Assembly (NCBI GenBank): GCA_002269645.1
Contig: NIVC01000085.1
Location: 62,001 to 126,000 of the forward strand
Origin: Macrostomum lignano
Lineage: Eukaryota
Direction of reading: 5' to 3'
DNA length: 64,000 bases
The position numbers and the translations under genes are program-made. The notes beneath the pieces are model-generated. The model saw nothing but the letters and a program-made list of their open reading frames with translations. It did not search any database and had not been told where the DNA came from. This document shows, piece after piece, positions 26,391-38,655 of the stretch. Positions within the stretch are counted from its first letter, which is position 1. Each line of letters begins with the position of its first letter.

Positions 26391-27472
26391 AGGCGTCGGC
26401 AAAAGTTTTACTTCAATCCGTCAAGGGCCAGATTGATAACTTAGCGCATGATTGCGGGCCAGAGTAGGGAGTAGGGAGAGAGGAGAGAAGGTAGAGGAAA
26501 GATAAGGAGGGGAAAGTAGAGAGGAGAGGTGTGGAGAGAGTAGAGAGGTGAGGTGAGGTGAGGTGAGGTGAGGAGAGGAGAGGAGAGGGGGAGAGGAGAG
26601 GAGAGGAGAGGAGAGGTGAAGAGAGGAGAGTAGAGTGGGAGAGGAGAGGAGAAAGTAGAGAGGAGAGCTGAGGAGAGTAGAGTAGAGGGGGAGAGGAGAG
26701 TAGAGGGGGAGAGGAGAGTAGAGGGGAGATGAGAGTAGAGAGGAGAGGTGAGGAGAGTAGAGAAGAGGATAGAGGAGGGGAGCAGAGTTTTCTTTTTTGC
26801 CAGAGACAAGGTACAAAATCGCACCCTATGCTCACTTTCAGGGTGCAATTTTAAGGTTCAGAGTATAATTTCTTTTTTTACTTATTTAAAGGCAGTTCAA
26901 TAGAAAAATAGGTTATGAGACTGCACCTAAACCGCACCTAATTTTTAGTTTCAGGGTGCAATTTTAAAATTTAGGGTGCCTACGCACACTCTACGCACAA
27001 AAAATAAACCTAGGAGGGGAGAGTAGAGGAGAGGAAAGGAGAGTAGAGTAGAGGGGAGAGGAGGGTTGAGAAGAGTAGAGAAGAGAATAGAGGAAGCGAG
27101 AGAGTAGAGAGAGAGAGTAGAGAGGAGAGGTAAGGAGAGTAGAGTAGAAGGGAGAGGAGACTTGAGGAGAGTAGAGAAGAGAATAGAGGAGGCGAGAGAG
27201 TAGAGAGGAGAGGTAAGGATAGTAGAGTAGAAGGGAGAGGAGACTTGAGGAGAGTAGAGAAGAGAATAGAGGAGGCGAGAGAGTAGAGAGGAGAGGTAAG
27301 GATAGTAGAGTAGAAGGGAGAGGAGAGTTGAGGCGAGTAGAGAAGAGAATAGAGGAGGCGAGAGAGTAGAGAGAAGAGGTAAGGAGAGTAGAGTAGAAGG
27401 GAGAGGAGAGTTTAGGCGAGTAGAGAAGAGAATAGAGGAGGCGAGAGAGTAGAGAGGAGAGGTAAGGAGAGT
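26391..27472. repeat. hAT-like MITE end plus GA-rich tracts
   Basis: …TCGGCAAAAGTTTTACTTC…GCGGGCCAGA resembles 19343-19405; purine tracts at 26460-26785 and 27015-27470. Confidence 0.55.
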
Positions 27473-28330
27473 AACGTCGACGATACGTTTGCCATCTTTG
27501 ATCAGGAGCAAAAAATTGATCAGTTCCTCCACGCTCTAAACTCCACTCATAAGAACATAAAGTTCACGGTTGAACATGCTGTTGACCAAAGACTCCCCTT
27601 CCTGGACATTGACATTGACTACAGTAAGGAAACCCTCTCCACAAAAGTCTTCCGTAAGAAAAGCTTTACCAATCTCATTCTCAACTTCCAAGCCACTTGC
27701 CCCAGACAATGGAAAACTGGGCTCGTGAGGTGTTTGCTCCACAGAGCTTTCACTACCTGTAACACCTGGATCAACTTTGACCGGGAGGTGCAGTTCCTCA
27801 CCAGACTGTTCCATCAAAATGACTACCCCGCTTGTCTGGTTCAAAAAATCATCAACAAGTTCATCTCGGATAAAATCACCAAACAAAAACCTGAGCAATC
27901 TGTTACCACTGAAGAATTTGAACACATTCTGCGTCTCCTCTTCCTCGGACCTCCATCTCTAGCCTGTAAAAACAGAATGCGTAGGTTATTATTTGCCTCT
28001 TTCAATCGTAACATTCGGGTCGTCTTCCACACGAACAAGATTGGAACTTTGTTAGCAGATTAAAGTCGCGTGTTCCTTGTACTCTGCGTGCAGGTGTAGT
28101 CTACCAATTTAACTGTCTGTGGACCAGAGCGTCTCCTATGTGGGGAAAACCAAAAGACACCTACACACGAGGATCAGGGAACACTGGCTCAAACCATCTG
28201 CTATACAAACGCACCTCCTTGAATGCACTAACTGCAATGACTGCAAACCAGAAGAACACTTTAAAATCATTGACCAAAGCCATACTGACGCCAAACTTAG
28301 AATTGTCATTAAACATTCCAAAGTCTATGA
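27473..28330 (+). mobile_element. 5'-truncated Penelope-like element (RT C-terminus + GIY-YIG endonuclease), frameshifted
   Basis: VDDTFAIF…NSTHKNIKFTVE…LPFLD…VFRK…LHRA…NDYP; then GVVYQFNC…YVGKTKRHLHTRIREH. Confidence 0.88.
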
Positions 28331-28471
28331 TTAGAACTCTATGATTAGCGTAATAAAAAATAATTACAGGGATTCTAGGGGTAAAAATCATGCTCTAAAC
28401 AGTTTTTTGTGTCGTGTTGTTTATTACACAATCGTAAGAAAAGAAATTATTCCCTACTTTTCCTCTCAGAA

Positions 28472-28671
28472 ATGGTTCACACGGCAGCGACACAGTTTTT
28501 GAGCGAGCACGGAGCTGCAAGTGAGTAACCCTTTATTTTTAAGTCTAGTCAAATATTTCTGGTTATCCCTGTGTCTGTCTGTCTATCTTAGTGTCTGTAT
28601 GTCTGTCTGTCTGTATGTATGTCTTAGTGTCTGTCTGTCTGTCTGTCTGTCTGTGTGTCTGTATGTCTTAG

Positions 28672-28706
<35 letters not shown>

Positions 28707-28808
28707 ATGTATGTCTTAGTGTCTGTCTGTCTTTCTGTCCGCCTGTCTGTCTGATATCTTAGTGTCTGTCTGTATGTCTTAGTGTCTCTCTGTCTGTCTG
28801 TCTGTCTA

Positions 28809-28849
<41 letters not shown>

Positions 28850-28864
28850 ATGTCTTAGTATCTC

Positions 28865-28897
<33 letters not shown>

Positions 28898-28999
28898 ATG
28901 TATGTCTTAGTGTCTGTCTGTCTTTCTGTCCGCCTGTCTGTCTGATATCTTAGTGTCTGTCTGTATGTCTTAGTGTCTCTCTGTCTGTCTGTCTGTCTA

Positions 29000-29052
<53 letters not shown>

Positions 29053-32000
29053 ATGTCTTAGTATCTCTCTGTCTGTCTGTCTGTCTGTATGTATGTCTTA
29101 GTGTCTGTCTATCTTTCTGTCCACCTGTCTGTCTGTATATCTTAGTGTCTGTGTGTCTATATGTCTTAGTGTCTCTCTGTCTGTCTGTCTGTCTGTTTGT
29201 ATGTCTTAGTGTCTCTCTGTCTGTCTGTCTGTTTGTATGTCTTAGTGTCTCTCTGTCTGTCTGTCTGTCTGTCTTTCTGTCCGCCTGTCTGTCTGTATAT
29301 CTTAGTGTCTGTCTGTCTGTATGTCTTAGTGTCTCTCTGTCTGTCTGTCTGTCTGTGTGTGTGTCTGTCTGTCCGCCTGAATCTGAATCTCCGATGTCTG
29401 TATATCCCTTACATCCCACAATTACTTTTAGAATGGACACCTGCTCTCAAGGCTGAATACCAGGCTCCTACGCAGGACGAGAAAAACGCTCTTAGGCAGA
29501 GGGCTATAGATCGTCCAAGAGATTTTAAAAGCAGCATTCTGGTCGACTTGAAACGAGCTAAAAACTCTTTCTGCGTCGTTATTCCTCCATCCATACCAAC
29601 AGATAAGCCCGAATGTTACGTATCTGATGGAGTATCTTCCCGAGTTCAAGAGGAATTAACTGCAGCGGTGAAACAGCTTTCTGATATCATCAAGAAAGGA
29701 GAGGAATATCATCGAGAAGAAAAAATCGCCTCTCAAGCCCGAATGGAAGCTACGACAGAAGCATCAGTTCGAGCTGAAGCTACCGGACCTTCCAACGCTT
29801 TTCGTGATGTGAAGAAGCTGAGACTGTCAATCCAGGAGAAAGCAACGACTGCTTTCAAGAGAGCTGGAAACAGAGGCCCGATTCCATGGAAGCAAATGGA
29901 GAGTGACAAGCGAAACAAAACCAAATTTGCACGCGGAAGATTTTCTCTCGATTTCAAGTCACCCCATCATTTAAACAGGGCGGAATGTGTTCAGTTGGTT
30001 GAAAAGTTGGAAAATACGGATCTGGTATTTGTCAATTACCAACATTCTGATCTTATTGAAAGTGCAGGGCATTCGAGCGCCGCTACACCTGCCACGGCCG
30101 CTGCAACTGCTACACCTGCCACGGCCGCTGCAACTGCTACACCTGCCACGGCCGCTGCAACTGCAACACCTGCCACGGCTACTGCAACACCAGCCACGAG
30201 TGCTGAAGTGAACATCCCGGCAGACAAACCTGATGAGTTTGATAACTACGAGCTTGGATCTGGAATCAGTGCTTATCGAGAATTTTTTCACATGGAAGAC
30301 AGCAGTGCAACAGTGCAAGCGCAGCCGCAGGGTGCTGCTATTGTACTGACTAACGCCTGCGTCTCAAGTGTTAACAGTAATCAAACAGGTATGTCTCATT
30401 CAGCTATAGAGACGAGAGCCAATCCGACTACTATCAGTTTATTTGGCCGCTCGGCTGCTTTTCGCTATAGTTAAGCATGCATCTATTCGAATTAAGAGCC
30501 AAAAAACTGTCTGTTTTAAACTTAACTGATGTTATACTCAGTAAAGCAATCCTCAGTCTCTTTGCAAGACTGGCCGCTTTGCAGAAAATGCTGTGGCAGA
30601 AGATCTGGTTCACTGCTGTGACTTTGCCCACTTTGCAAATCAGTTCTGTATACTTTGCTGGGGTAATTATTGTCACTTTGCATACATCCAGATCCCCACT
30701 CCTGCGTTGTGATGACCTCTGCGTGGTGCAGGAGAGGCAACAACCCTGTTCACAAAAACACGGTTGGCTAACAATCACAGTTAGTATATAGCTAGTTAAA
30801 TCTAGTTAGTTAAAGCTAGTTAAATCTCCCAATGCACCCCAGCTCTCACTTCTCTCCCATTTCTTTTCCCTATTCACCCTATAGGTCACTTCTCTCCCAT
30901 TTTTCCCTATTCACCCTATCTGTCACTTCTTCCATTTCTCCCATATTTAGTATATAAAAATATAAATTTCGAAAGGATTAGAATTTTATATAATAGAATT
31001 TCTGTAATCATTTGCAGCAATGGCAAAAAGAAATAAAAAGAGGGCCCCAAAAAGGGGCCCTGTTGACTGGGCCGCCGAGGTGGAGGCTGCGGCGGAGGCA
31101 GCTCCGGCGGCGGCGGAGGCAGCTCCGGAGGCAGCTCCGGAGGCAGCTCCGGAGGCAGCTCCGGCGGCGGCTCCGGCGGAGGCAGCGCCGGCAGCTCCGG
31201 CGGCGGCTCCGGCGGCGGCTCCGGCGGCTCCGGCGGCGGCTCCGGCGGAGGCAGCACCGGCGGAGGCAGCACCGGCGGAGGCGGCTGCCAGACGGCGGGC
31301 GGGCCGCCGCTGGGCCCGCGTCCGCAAAAGAGAGACATTAGTACGTGCATTTGCTGCCTAAATCATTTCTATATATATCTTTGCTATCTAGATCTCAGAT
31401 TCCAGATTTCAGGTTCCAGATCCCAGATCTCAGATTCCAGATTTCAGGTTCCAGATCTCAGATTCCAGACACAGTCTCAAGTTAGAATAAGCTTTACTGA
31501 GCTTTCAGATTGATGGTCAGGCACTAGGACATTACATTACACAGAATTAAATTCAGCAAGCTTATTTGTGTAAATATTAATTTATTTCCAGATGCAAACC
31601 GTCGCCCGCTTGCAGCTGCTGCAAGCCCAGCTGCTGGGCCAGCTGGCTGGGTAAGATATTTTTCAAATATTGAATGCTAAAATGTATACTCCTAAATATG
31701 CAGTCTAATTTCTTTCATTTACGATTTAAATCGTAACTAGATCGGCTTCGTCTCGGCCCATCAACACAGTCCTCAGTCTTGTATGTGGTCCAGATAAATC
31801 AGTCCATGGGGTGATACCTTATACATATGCAAGCTAGCAAAAGAAGGCTATAGGGCTGCAGGGATCAGAAGTGAAGCTGCTGGCAGATCGTAGGAGATTT
31901 CAGATTTTCAGGTGTAAAATCCCTCCCCCTCTATGCTAAAGACCTCATTAATTCTCAGCACTGTCAAACACCTTTTAGATGCCCAGCAGTTCCTTCAGTG

Positions 32001-32090
32001 GCTGCACTGGCTGGTCCCTCAGGTCCTTCAGTGGGTGCCCCTCAGATCCTTCAGTGGATGCCCCTTCAGAACCCAAAATCTAAAATCTAA
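28472..32090 (+). CDS. Orphan 5-exon gene model, 499 aa, low-complexity Ala/Thr/Pro/Glu and basic C-terminal half
   Basis: join(28472..28520,29432..30388,31018..31340,31592..31650,31979..32090) = 1500 nt. All four introns are GT-AG with pyrimidine tracts and matching phases (1,1,0,2). No family recognised. Confidence 0.6.
28570..29385. repeat. Compound (TGTC)n / TATGTCTTAG microsatellite array filling intron 1 of the orphan gene
   Basis: Directly visible. Confidence 0.95.
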
Positions 32091-32492
32091 AATCGACACA
32101 TTTCGTAGCTGTCTACTTGGAGTAGCTGGTCAGAGAAGGCATCCCCGAATCTGCAGATTTCCTGATTCTCACATCCTTATCCCTGAATGTCATATCTTCC
32201 TATCTGATTTCCTCATGTTAATCTCAGAATAGCCTCATACACAACACAACTATAGTTTATGTATAACGTCTCTGTGCATCAAAAGCTGAGCAGTTGAGAG
32301 TTAATAAGCAATTTACTATAAATGAAATAAACAACAGTTCTCAGAGTAAAACTTACACTTGTTCTCTGGTTCTAATGTTCTCGCTATCAGAGACCTTATT
32401 CACGTCCCATCCCCGCCCCACCCGAAATATCTTGATAGAACAAATTGCGCGCCTCTCAAAAAAACTTACATTGCGACTTTTGAACTTTACAG

Positions 32493-32585
32493 AAATACTG
32501 GATTCGGCTTGCGGGGCGGAGGGCGAGGCGGGGGACGAGGGCGAGGCGGGGGACGAGGGCGAGGCGGCCAGCCCTTCCATCATTG
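32493..32585 (+). other. Candidate symmetric (phase 1-1) 93-nt exon
   Basis: TTTACAG|AA ATA CTG…ATT G|GTAAG; encodes ILDSACGAEGEAGDEGEAGDEGEAASPSII. Confidence 0.4.
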
Positions 32586-32728
32586 GTAAGTTGCCATAGG
32601 ACACCATTTGTTTTTCAACACACAAAATTTAATTTTTTGGACACATACATGTACAGTCCAGACACCTGTACAGACACACAGGGAGAGAGAAAAACACGGA
32701 GAAGGACAGATAAACGGGCAGACAGACA

Positions 32729-33910
32729 GATTCGGCGATCCTGGCGCCAATTTGGGGATCCTGGCGCCAAATTTAGCTTCCGGCGCCAATTCGAGCTTTC
32801 CCGCGCCAATTTGAGCTTTCCAGCGCTATTTTGAGCTTTCCAGGGCTAGTTTGGGTCCTCTCGCGCTGATTTCAGCGCTGATTCGGCGATCCTGGCGCCA
32901 ATTTGGGGATCCTGGCGCCAAATTTAGCTTCCGGCGCCAATTCGAGCTTTCCCGCGCCAATTTGAGCTTTCCAGCGCTAGTTTGAGCTTTCCAGGGCTAG
33001 TTTGAGCTTCCTAGGGCTGGTTTGGGCCTTCTTGAGTTGATTTGGGGTTCCTGGCGCCAATTTGGGGATCCTGGCGCCAAATTTAGCTTCCGGCGCCAAT
33101 TCGAGCTTTCCCGCGCCAATTTGAGCTTTCCAGCGCTATTTTGAGCTTTCCAGGGCTAGTTTGGGTCCTCTCGCGCTGATTTCAGCATTTCAGCGCTGAT
33201 TCGGCGATCCTGGCGCCAATTTGGGGATCCTGGCGCCAAATTTAGCTTCCGGCGCCAATTCGAGCTTTCCCGCGCCAATTTGAGCTTTCCAGCGCTAGTT
33301 TGAGCTTTCCAGGGCTAGTTTGAGCTTCCTAGGGCTGGTTTGGGCCTTCTTGAGTTGATTTGGGGTTCCTGGCGCCAATTTGGGGATCCTGGCGCCAAAT
33401 TTAGCTTCCGGCGCCAATTCGAGCTTTCCCGCGCCAATTTGAGCTTTCCAGCGCTATTTTGAGCTTTCCAGGGCTAGTTTGGGTCCTCTCGCGCTGATTT
33501 CAGCATTTCAGCGCTGATTCGGTGATCCTGGCGCCAATTTGGGGATCCTGGCGCCAAATTTAGCTTCCGGCGCCAATTCGAGCTTTCCCGCGCCAATTTG
33601 AGCTTTCCAGCGCTAGTTTGAGCTTTCCAGGGCTAGTTTGAGCTTCCTAGGGCTGGTTTGAGCCTTCTTGAGTTGATTTGGGGTTCCTGGCGCCAATTTG
33701 GGGATCCTGGCGCCAAATTTAGCTTCCGGCGCCAATTCGAGCTTTCCCGCGCCAATTTGAGCTTTCCAGCGCTATTTTGAGCTTTCCAGGGCTAGTTTGG
33801 GTCCTCTCGCGCTGATTTCAGCATTTCAACGCTGATTCGGCGATCCTGGCGCCAATTTGGGGATCCTGGCGCCAAATTTAGCTTCCGGCGCCAATTCGAG
33901 CTTTCCCGCG
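32729..33910. repeat. Hierarchical satellite: short subrepeats, ~159-bp monomers, 318-bp higher-order repeat
   Basis: The GATTCGGYGATCC marker recurs at 32880, 33198, 33516 and 33834 (period 318), with an alternate monomer variant between markers. Confidence 0.9.
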
Positions 33911-34240
33911 CTTTTAAAGCTTTTAAAGTTAGTCTGCTTTTCGTCAGCAAGACAGCCACCCCAACCTCCGTCTCTCTCCTTCCTGGCCACTAGACAGATG
34001 TGTGAAAGGGGTTTAAAATTGAATAACTTTCAGCTGACACAAGTTTGCTCCACGTATACAGCGATTGACTTCAAACTTTATACAATTCTTTATTGACTCA
34101 TTCTCTGTCTAAATATAAAGTCTCAACTTTGTACTTCAGTTAGAACAGAAACTGTAGGCATGTGAAGTTTGTCTGCTTTTTGTTGTTTGTGCTACTGCAC
34201 TCACTCATTCCCCCAGACAAGGATCAGGTGATAGGGATAA
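33911..34240 (+). mobile_element. Fragment of the Helitron-like family at 18201-22106
   Basis: AAAGTTAGTCTGCTTT…GACAGCCACC… and GAAGTTTGTCTGCTTTT…CACTCATTCCCC are shared with 18545-18850. Confidence 0.75.
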
Positions 34241-35439
34241 CTGTGAGGGAAAGTTAAAATAACTTTTTATAGCCTTCTCTGGTAACGTTAAGCCATGACA
34301 GTACAGTAAGGAATTCAACCACTGTCCTACTACGAGCTATCTGATTGCGACTTGAGAGTATTCTGTCCCCCCACAATGACAAACTGACCTTCCAAGCACT
34401 TGAACTGATGAGCCAGCAGATTTGTCTGTCTTGTGTGTCTGACCATACGCTCGTATATATTCTATATGTACTAATATACATTATAAATTCTAATTCTAAA
34501 TTCTAGTATATTATATATAGTCGAATAGTTTTCCCATAAAAGTTTGAACGCTGACTTGCAAGCAGCCTACTAGGAGTTATCGTACATTGAGAGGGCCACC
34601 GTTCTACACCCACCCCAAAACTTTGCACGCGGGCCAATGAGAATTCTCCCACGGTGAGTTAGGCAAGCCAACCCCTCCCTTTGATTAATGAGCCTCTCGC
34701 TTTTTGATTCAACGACGGCCACCACCCACGGTGTAAGTTAATTTGTGGCTTTATTCACCAGTATCAAGGAGCTTATATAAAGAGCTGGAAAGAAAAGGCT
34801 ATCCTTGTCTTATTTTAAGCATAGGCCTGCATAGAGTATAAATATTTGAGCGCAAGCTTAACGGCTATACTTGGTTATTTTTAATTTGTCTTTAAATACA
34901 GGTAAGTTCAAGGAATCGAATAATTTTAAAGCGAAAATGCCACTGTTTGAATAATTCTTAGTAAAATTCAGTTTTGCTGCAAGCGCACGATATCAAGTTT
35001 TTTCAATGGAATATATTAGATTAATCTTTTAACGAGCGTCATAAGACTTAGCGCCACGTTATTTTTATTGTGATTTTCGCTTGCACAAATTGTGGATGGC
35101 ATTTTGAACTTTAAAACTGTTCGACTTCCTAGAGTCTTACTCTGATAATACGCTTCATAATAACCAATATTTGCTTAGTTATAAGCATATATAGTGAGTT
35201 TTAAGCTATGCGCATTTAGTTATAACAGACTTAGACATTTATTATAGGTGGATATTTACAGTTCATAATAAGCTATATATATATATTTAGTAATAAGCTA
35301 TATATAGTTATTTCTGTCATATCTGTTATCTATCCTAGTGTCTATCTTAGTGTCTGTCTGTCTTACTCCACTTCTCTCCCGTTGTCTCTCCTCTGCTCTC
35401 TCTCCCGTCTTCTTTCCTCTCTTAGTACTCTCATGGCTG

Positions 35440-36000
35440 TTCTCATGCTTTGATCATGTCTTCTTTCTTGCCAATTTGCAGTCCTGAAAGGAATTTGTGT
35501 ATTTTCATCTCCACTGCAGTCTGCAGCAGTTTAACAACAAAGGAAATACGCATTTCTCAGGAGGAAATTTAAAATTCAAGTACTTTTAAGAGAAACCTAA
35601 AATTTCCATGGTGTGACTAATTTAGTAGGGTTGTATTGCATTGCATCGCCTTTTCATAAATCTTTCGCTTTTACAAACCATGCTGAATTCCCTCGATTTG
35701 CCATCCACTGTTAAACTGCTGCAGAGTTTGCCAATACAGAGGACAGTGGTTAGAATTTCTCACTAAACTGTCATGGCTAAACGTAGCCTTTCCACGCGCG
35801 GGGTACACAGAAGGCTATTAAAAAGTTATTCTAAAACACGGTACATTTGCTATGTACATTCAGCCCTATCGCCTGACCCTTCGTCTGGGCTGGGGGAATG
35901 AGTGAGTGAGCGGCAAAAACAACAGAAAAAGCAGACAAACTTCACATGCTTATAGTTTCTTTTTCGGTTGAGTTACAGAGTTGAAACTTCCTATTTCAAC
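35440..36000 (-). mobile_element. Inverted fragment of the same Helitron-like family
   Basis: Reverse complement matches 18740-19300 (e.g. GGGAATGAGTGAGTG, TACATTTGCTATGTACATTCAG). Confidence 0.75.
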
Positions 36001-36502
36001 TTGAAATTAAAACTTAAATATTGAAACTAATCAATCAGCAGCCCTAAGAGGAATTTGTGTATCTCCAGCTCCATCACAGTCTGCGGCAGTGTAACAACCA
36101 AGGAAACATGCATTTTTAGGAGGCCATTTAGATTTAAAAAATTACCTTATGCGAATCTTAATGTTAAAATCTTAATGGCGTAACTAATTTAGTAGGATTA
36201 TATAGCCATCCACTTTTCTCTTTCCCACCGTTTCTAGTGCTCCCAAAGCACACAAATTTTTCCTATACACAAGCAATATACTGAACACAGACCTTTAAAT
36301 CCAGGAGGTTCACCCTGAGTATCTGAGTGACCTGCGAGACAACTAGGAAGAGTAGGCTACTAAAATTAGTATGAGGAGGACATGTGCACTATGGTTTCTA
36401 GACATACACTAGCACCATGTTTTAAGTGACGCAATTCATCATTATGGTTTTAAGATGGTGCGAAAAATGGTTTTTTTCACTCAACTCTGGTTTCTTTTCC
36501 AG

Positions 36503-36658
36503 ATGGATCAGGATCAAGCGCCACCGCCGCCGGCGCCACCACCGCCGGCGCCACCGCCACCACCACCGGCGCCACCGCCACCACCGCCGCCGCTGCCTCA
36601 GCGCCGCCGCATTCGGCGCCGAATTCGGCGCCTCCGCAGCAGCGGCCTGCGGCTATAA
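36503..36658 (+). other. Short Pro-rich/Arg-rich ORF or exon
   Basis: TTTCTTTTCCAG|ATG; MDQDQAPPPPAPPPP…PQRRRIRRRIRRLRSSGLRL*. Confidence 0.3.
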
Positions 36659-36839
36659 AAACTTGTGTATCTCCAAATGTGTGCGCAAAACTGTCAAGTG
36701 TAAAATTGCGCATTGCGCTGGGTGGGCTGGGCTATCTGATTGTGGGGAAAGTTTTCGGAATTTTTTAACATTTTTAAACAGATGTCCCTAAGGAATAAGG
36801 AATAATACCAATTCACAAAAAATCACTATTTCACTATTT

Positions 36840-37050
36840 CAGACAGACAGGCTAGCAGGCAGACGGATGGACAGACAGACAGACAGGCCGAGAGACAGGC
36901 AGACATACAGAAGGACAGACAGACATACAGAAGGACAGACAGGCAGACAGACCGATACAGACAGACATACAGAAGGACAGACAACTGACAGGCAGGCGAA
37001 CCGATACAGACATACATACAGACACACAGAAGGACAGACAGACAGACAAT
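36840..37050. repeat. (GACA)n-rich compound microsatellite
   Basis: Directly visible; followed by the inverted repeat AACCCTCGGGCGAA / TTCGCCCCGAGGGTT at about 37080-37152. Confidence 0.9.
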
Positions 37051-38439
37051 TCCGAGAACTTTCCCTACAATCAGATATGAACCCTCGGGCGAAATGGTTT
37101 GCTGTGAATATGTATTGTAGTATTTAAATAAAAATGGTTCGCCCCGAGGGTTCTTACCCAGCCCCCTTTTTGGATTAAAAATCTTTGCCTTCAATTTCTT
37201 CCTTATTTATTGATCATACCATAGTATAAACTTGGCAAGTTGTAATCAGTAAAAAAGCATTGCACACTGTTACGATTTACATTAAAAAAAATATTACTTA
37301 GGACTGCTGTTCAATGCAACCAATTAAGTTCAATTCCAGCACCCCAGCAGCCTTGGTTTGGCCACTCGGCTACGTTCTGATACTTGGCGGCACTGCATCC
37401 TACCATCCTACGAGTTATTGCATCCTACTACAACAGATAAGTACATTCCATCCACAATTGACTCGTTCGTCTTAAGCAAATACCCTCCAGAATCCACCCT
37501 GGGTCTTTACCCTCCAGAATCTTCAGCAATATGTAACGAAGACAAAACTAACCAGTTAAAAACATTTTGCACTCTCATTCAGATTCTGCCCGATCGCTAC
37601 GAGGGCTTCGAGCGCGCTCTGCCGTTGCCGGAGCTCTGGGCTGCCGGCTTTTTAATCTAGCCGGACCTGGGGCCCAGGATATTCAACGCCTATGGCCTGG
37701 CCGCTGCGATGCCATAGGGGCACCGCAAATCTGCACCTGGATACCTGGATACTTTTGTCACCATAGCAAAACGAGTTGAAAGTGAGAAGCATATGAATGC
37801 TTATTTAAAACCAGTTTAATTATTGGTTTAGTAACTTTAGTTCAGTGAAAACAGATTTAACTGACTAACATTGACAATTTTAATATCTTCGCTATAGCTA
37901 CCATAAAGCTCTCTAGTCATGCTACGCTATAAATTTACATTGAATGTTGACTGTTTACATACGTTACCAATTAATGAGCAATTAACTGATATCCACAGTC
38001 ACTTATTACTCTGTATTTATGACAATACCTGTAAACTATTTTTACTACTTAAATCCATCACAATAGTAATCAATATTTTATTGCCTAATAACTGAGATAT
38101 CTTTTAATTCCATAATGTCAAATCCTATTTCACAATTCAATACATATCAGTTTTCAAATATCAATTCTCTACTTTTATTCGATTTATTTTATACTGTACT
38201 TCGATTTATTTATATTGATGCACTGCTTTATTACTCGCACACTATTATATACAAACTGTAACCAATACTGTAAAAATATTTGAAATATAATAATACATAG
38301 TGGCGTAAGAGCCGGCCAAGCTGAAGCGCCGGGCATCCTATATATCCTAAAAATGAGTTGTCTGTATCTTATATAATAAAAATGAATTGCCTGTCGGTAT
38401 TCTTTTCTAAGGCCAAAATACCAGTGCTTACTTTTAGTG

Positions 38440-38655
38440 CTAAAATGAGTGCCTGTGGAGCTAAAAGGAGTGCCTGCGGCGCTAAAAGGAGTGCCTGCGG
38501 CGCTAAAATGAGTGTCTGCTGCGCTAAAATGAGTGTCTGCTGCGCTAAAATGAGTGTCTGCTGCGCTAAAATAAGTGTCTGCGGCGCTAAAATGAGTGAC
38601 TGCGGCGCTAAAATGACTGCCTGCGGCGCTAAAATAAGTGTCTGCTGCGCTAAAA
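38440..38655 (+). repeat. 21-bp minisatellite GCTAAAATGAGTGYCTGCKGC, inside a probable Helitron-like 5' end (A|TCTTATATAATAAAAATG at 38367)
   Basis: About 10 copies; same family, inverted, at 58950-59410. Confidence 0.85.

Noticed and set aside
36503-36658. Proline/arginine-rich antimicrobial peptide gene
   Set aside because: No signal peptide or pro-region is visible, and the reading frame is ambiguous.
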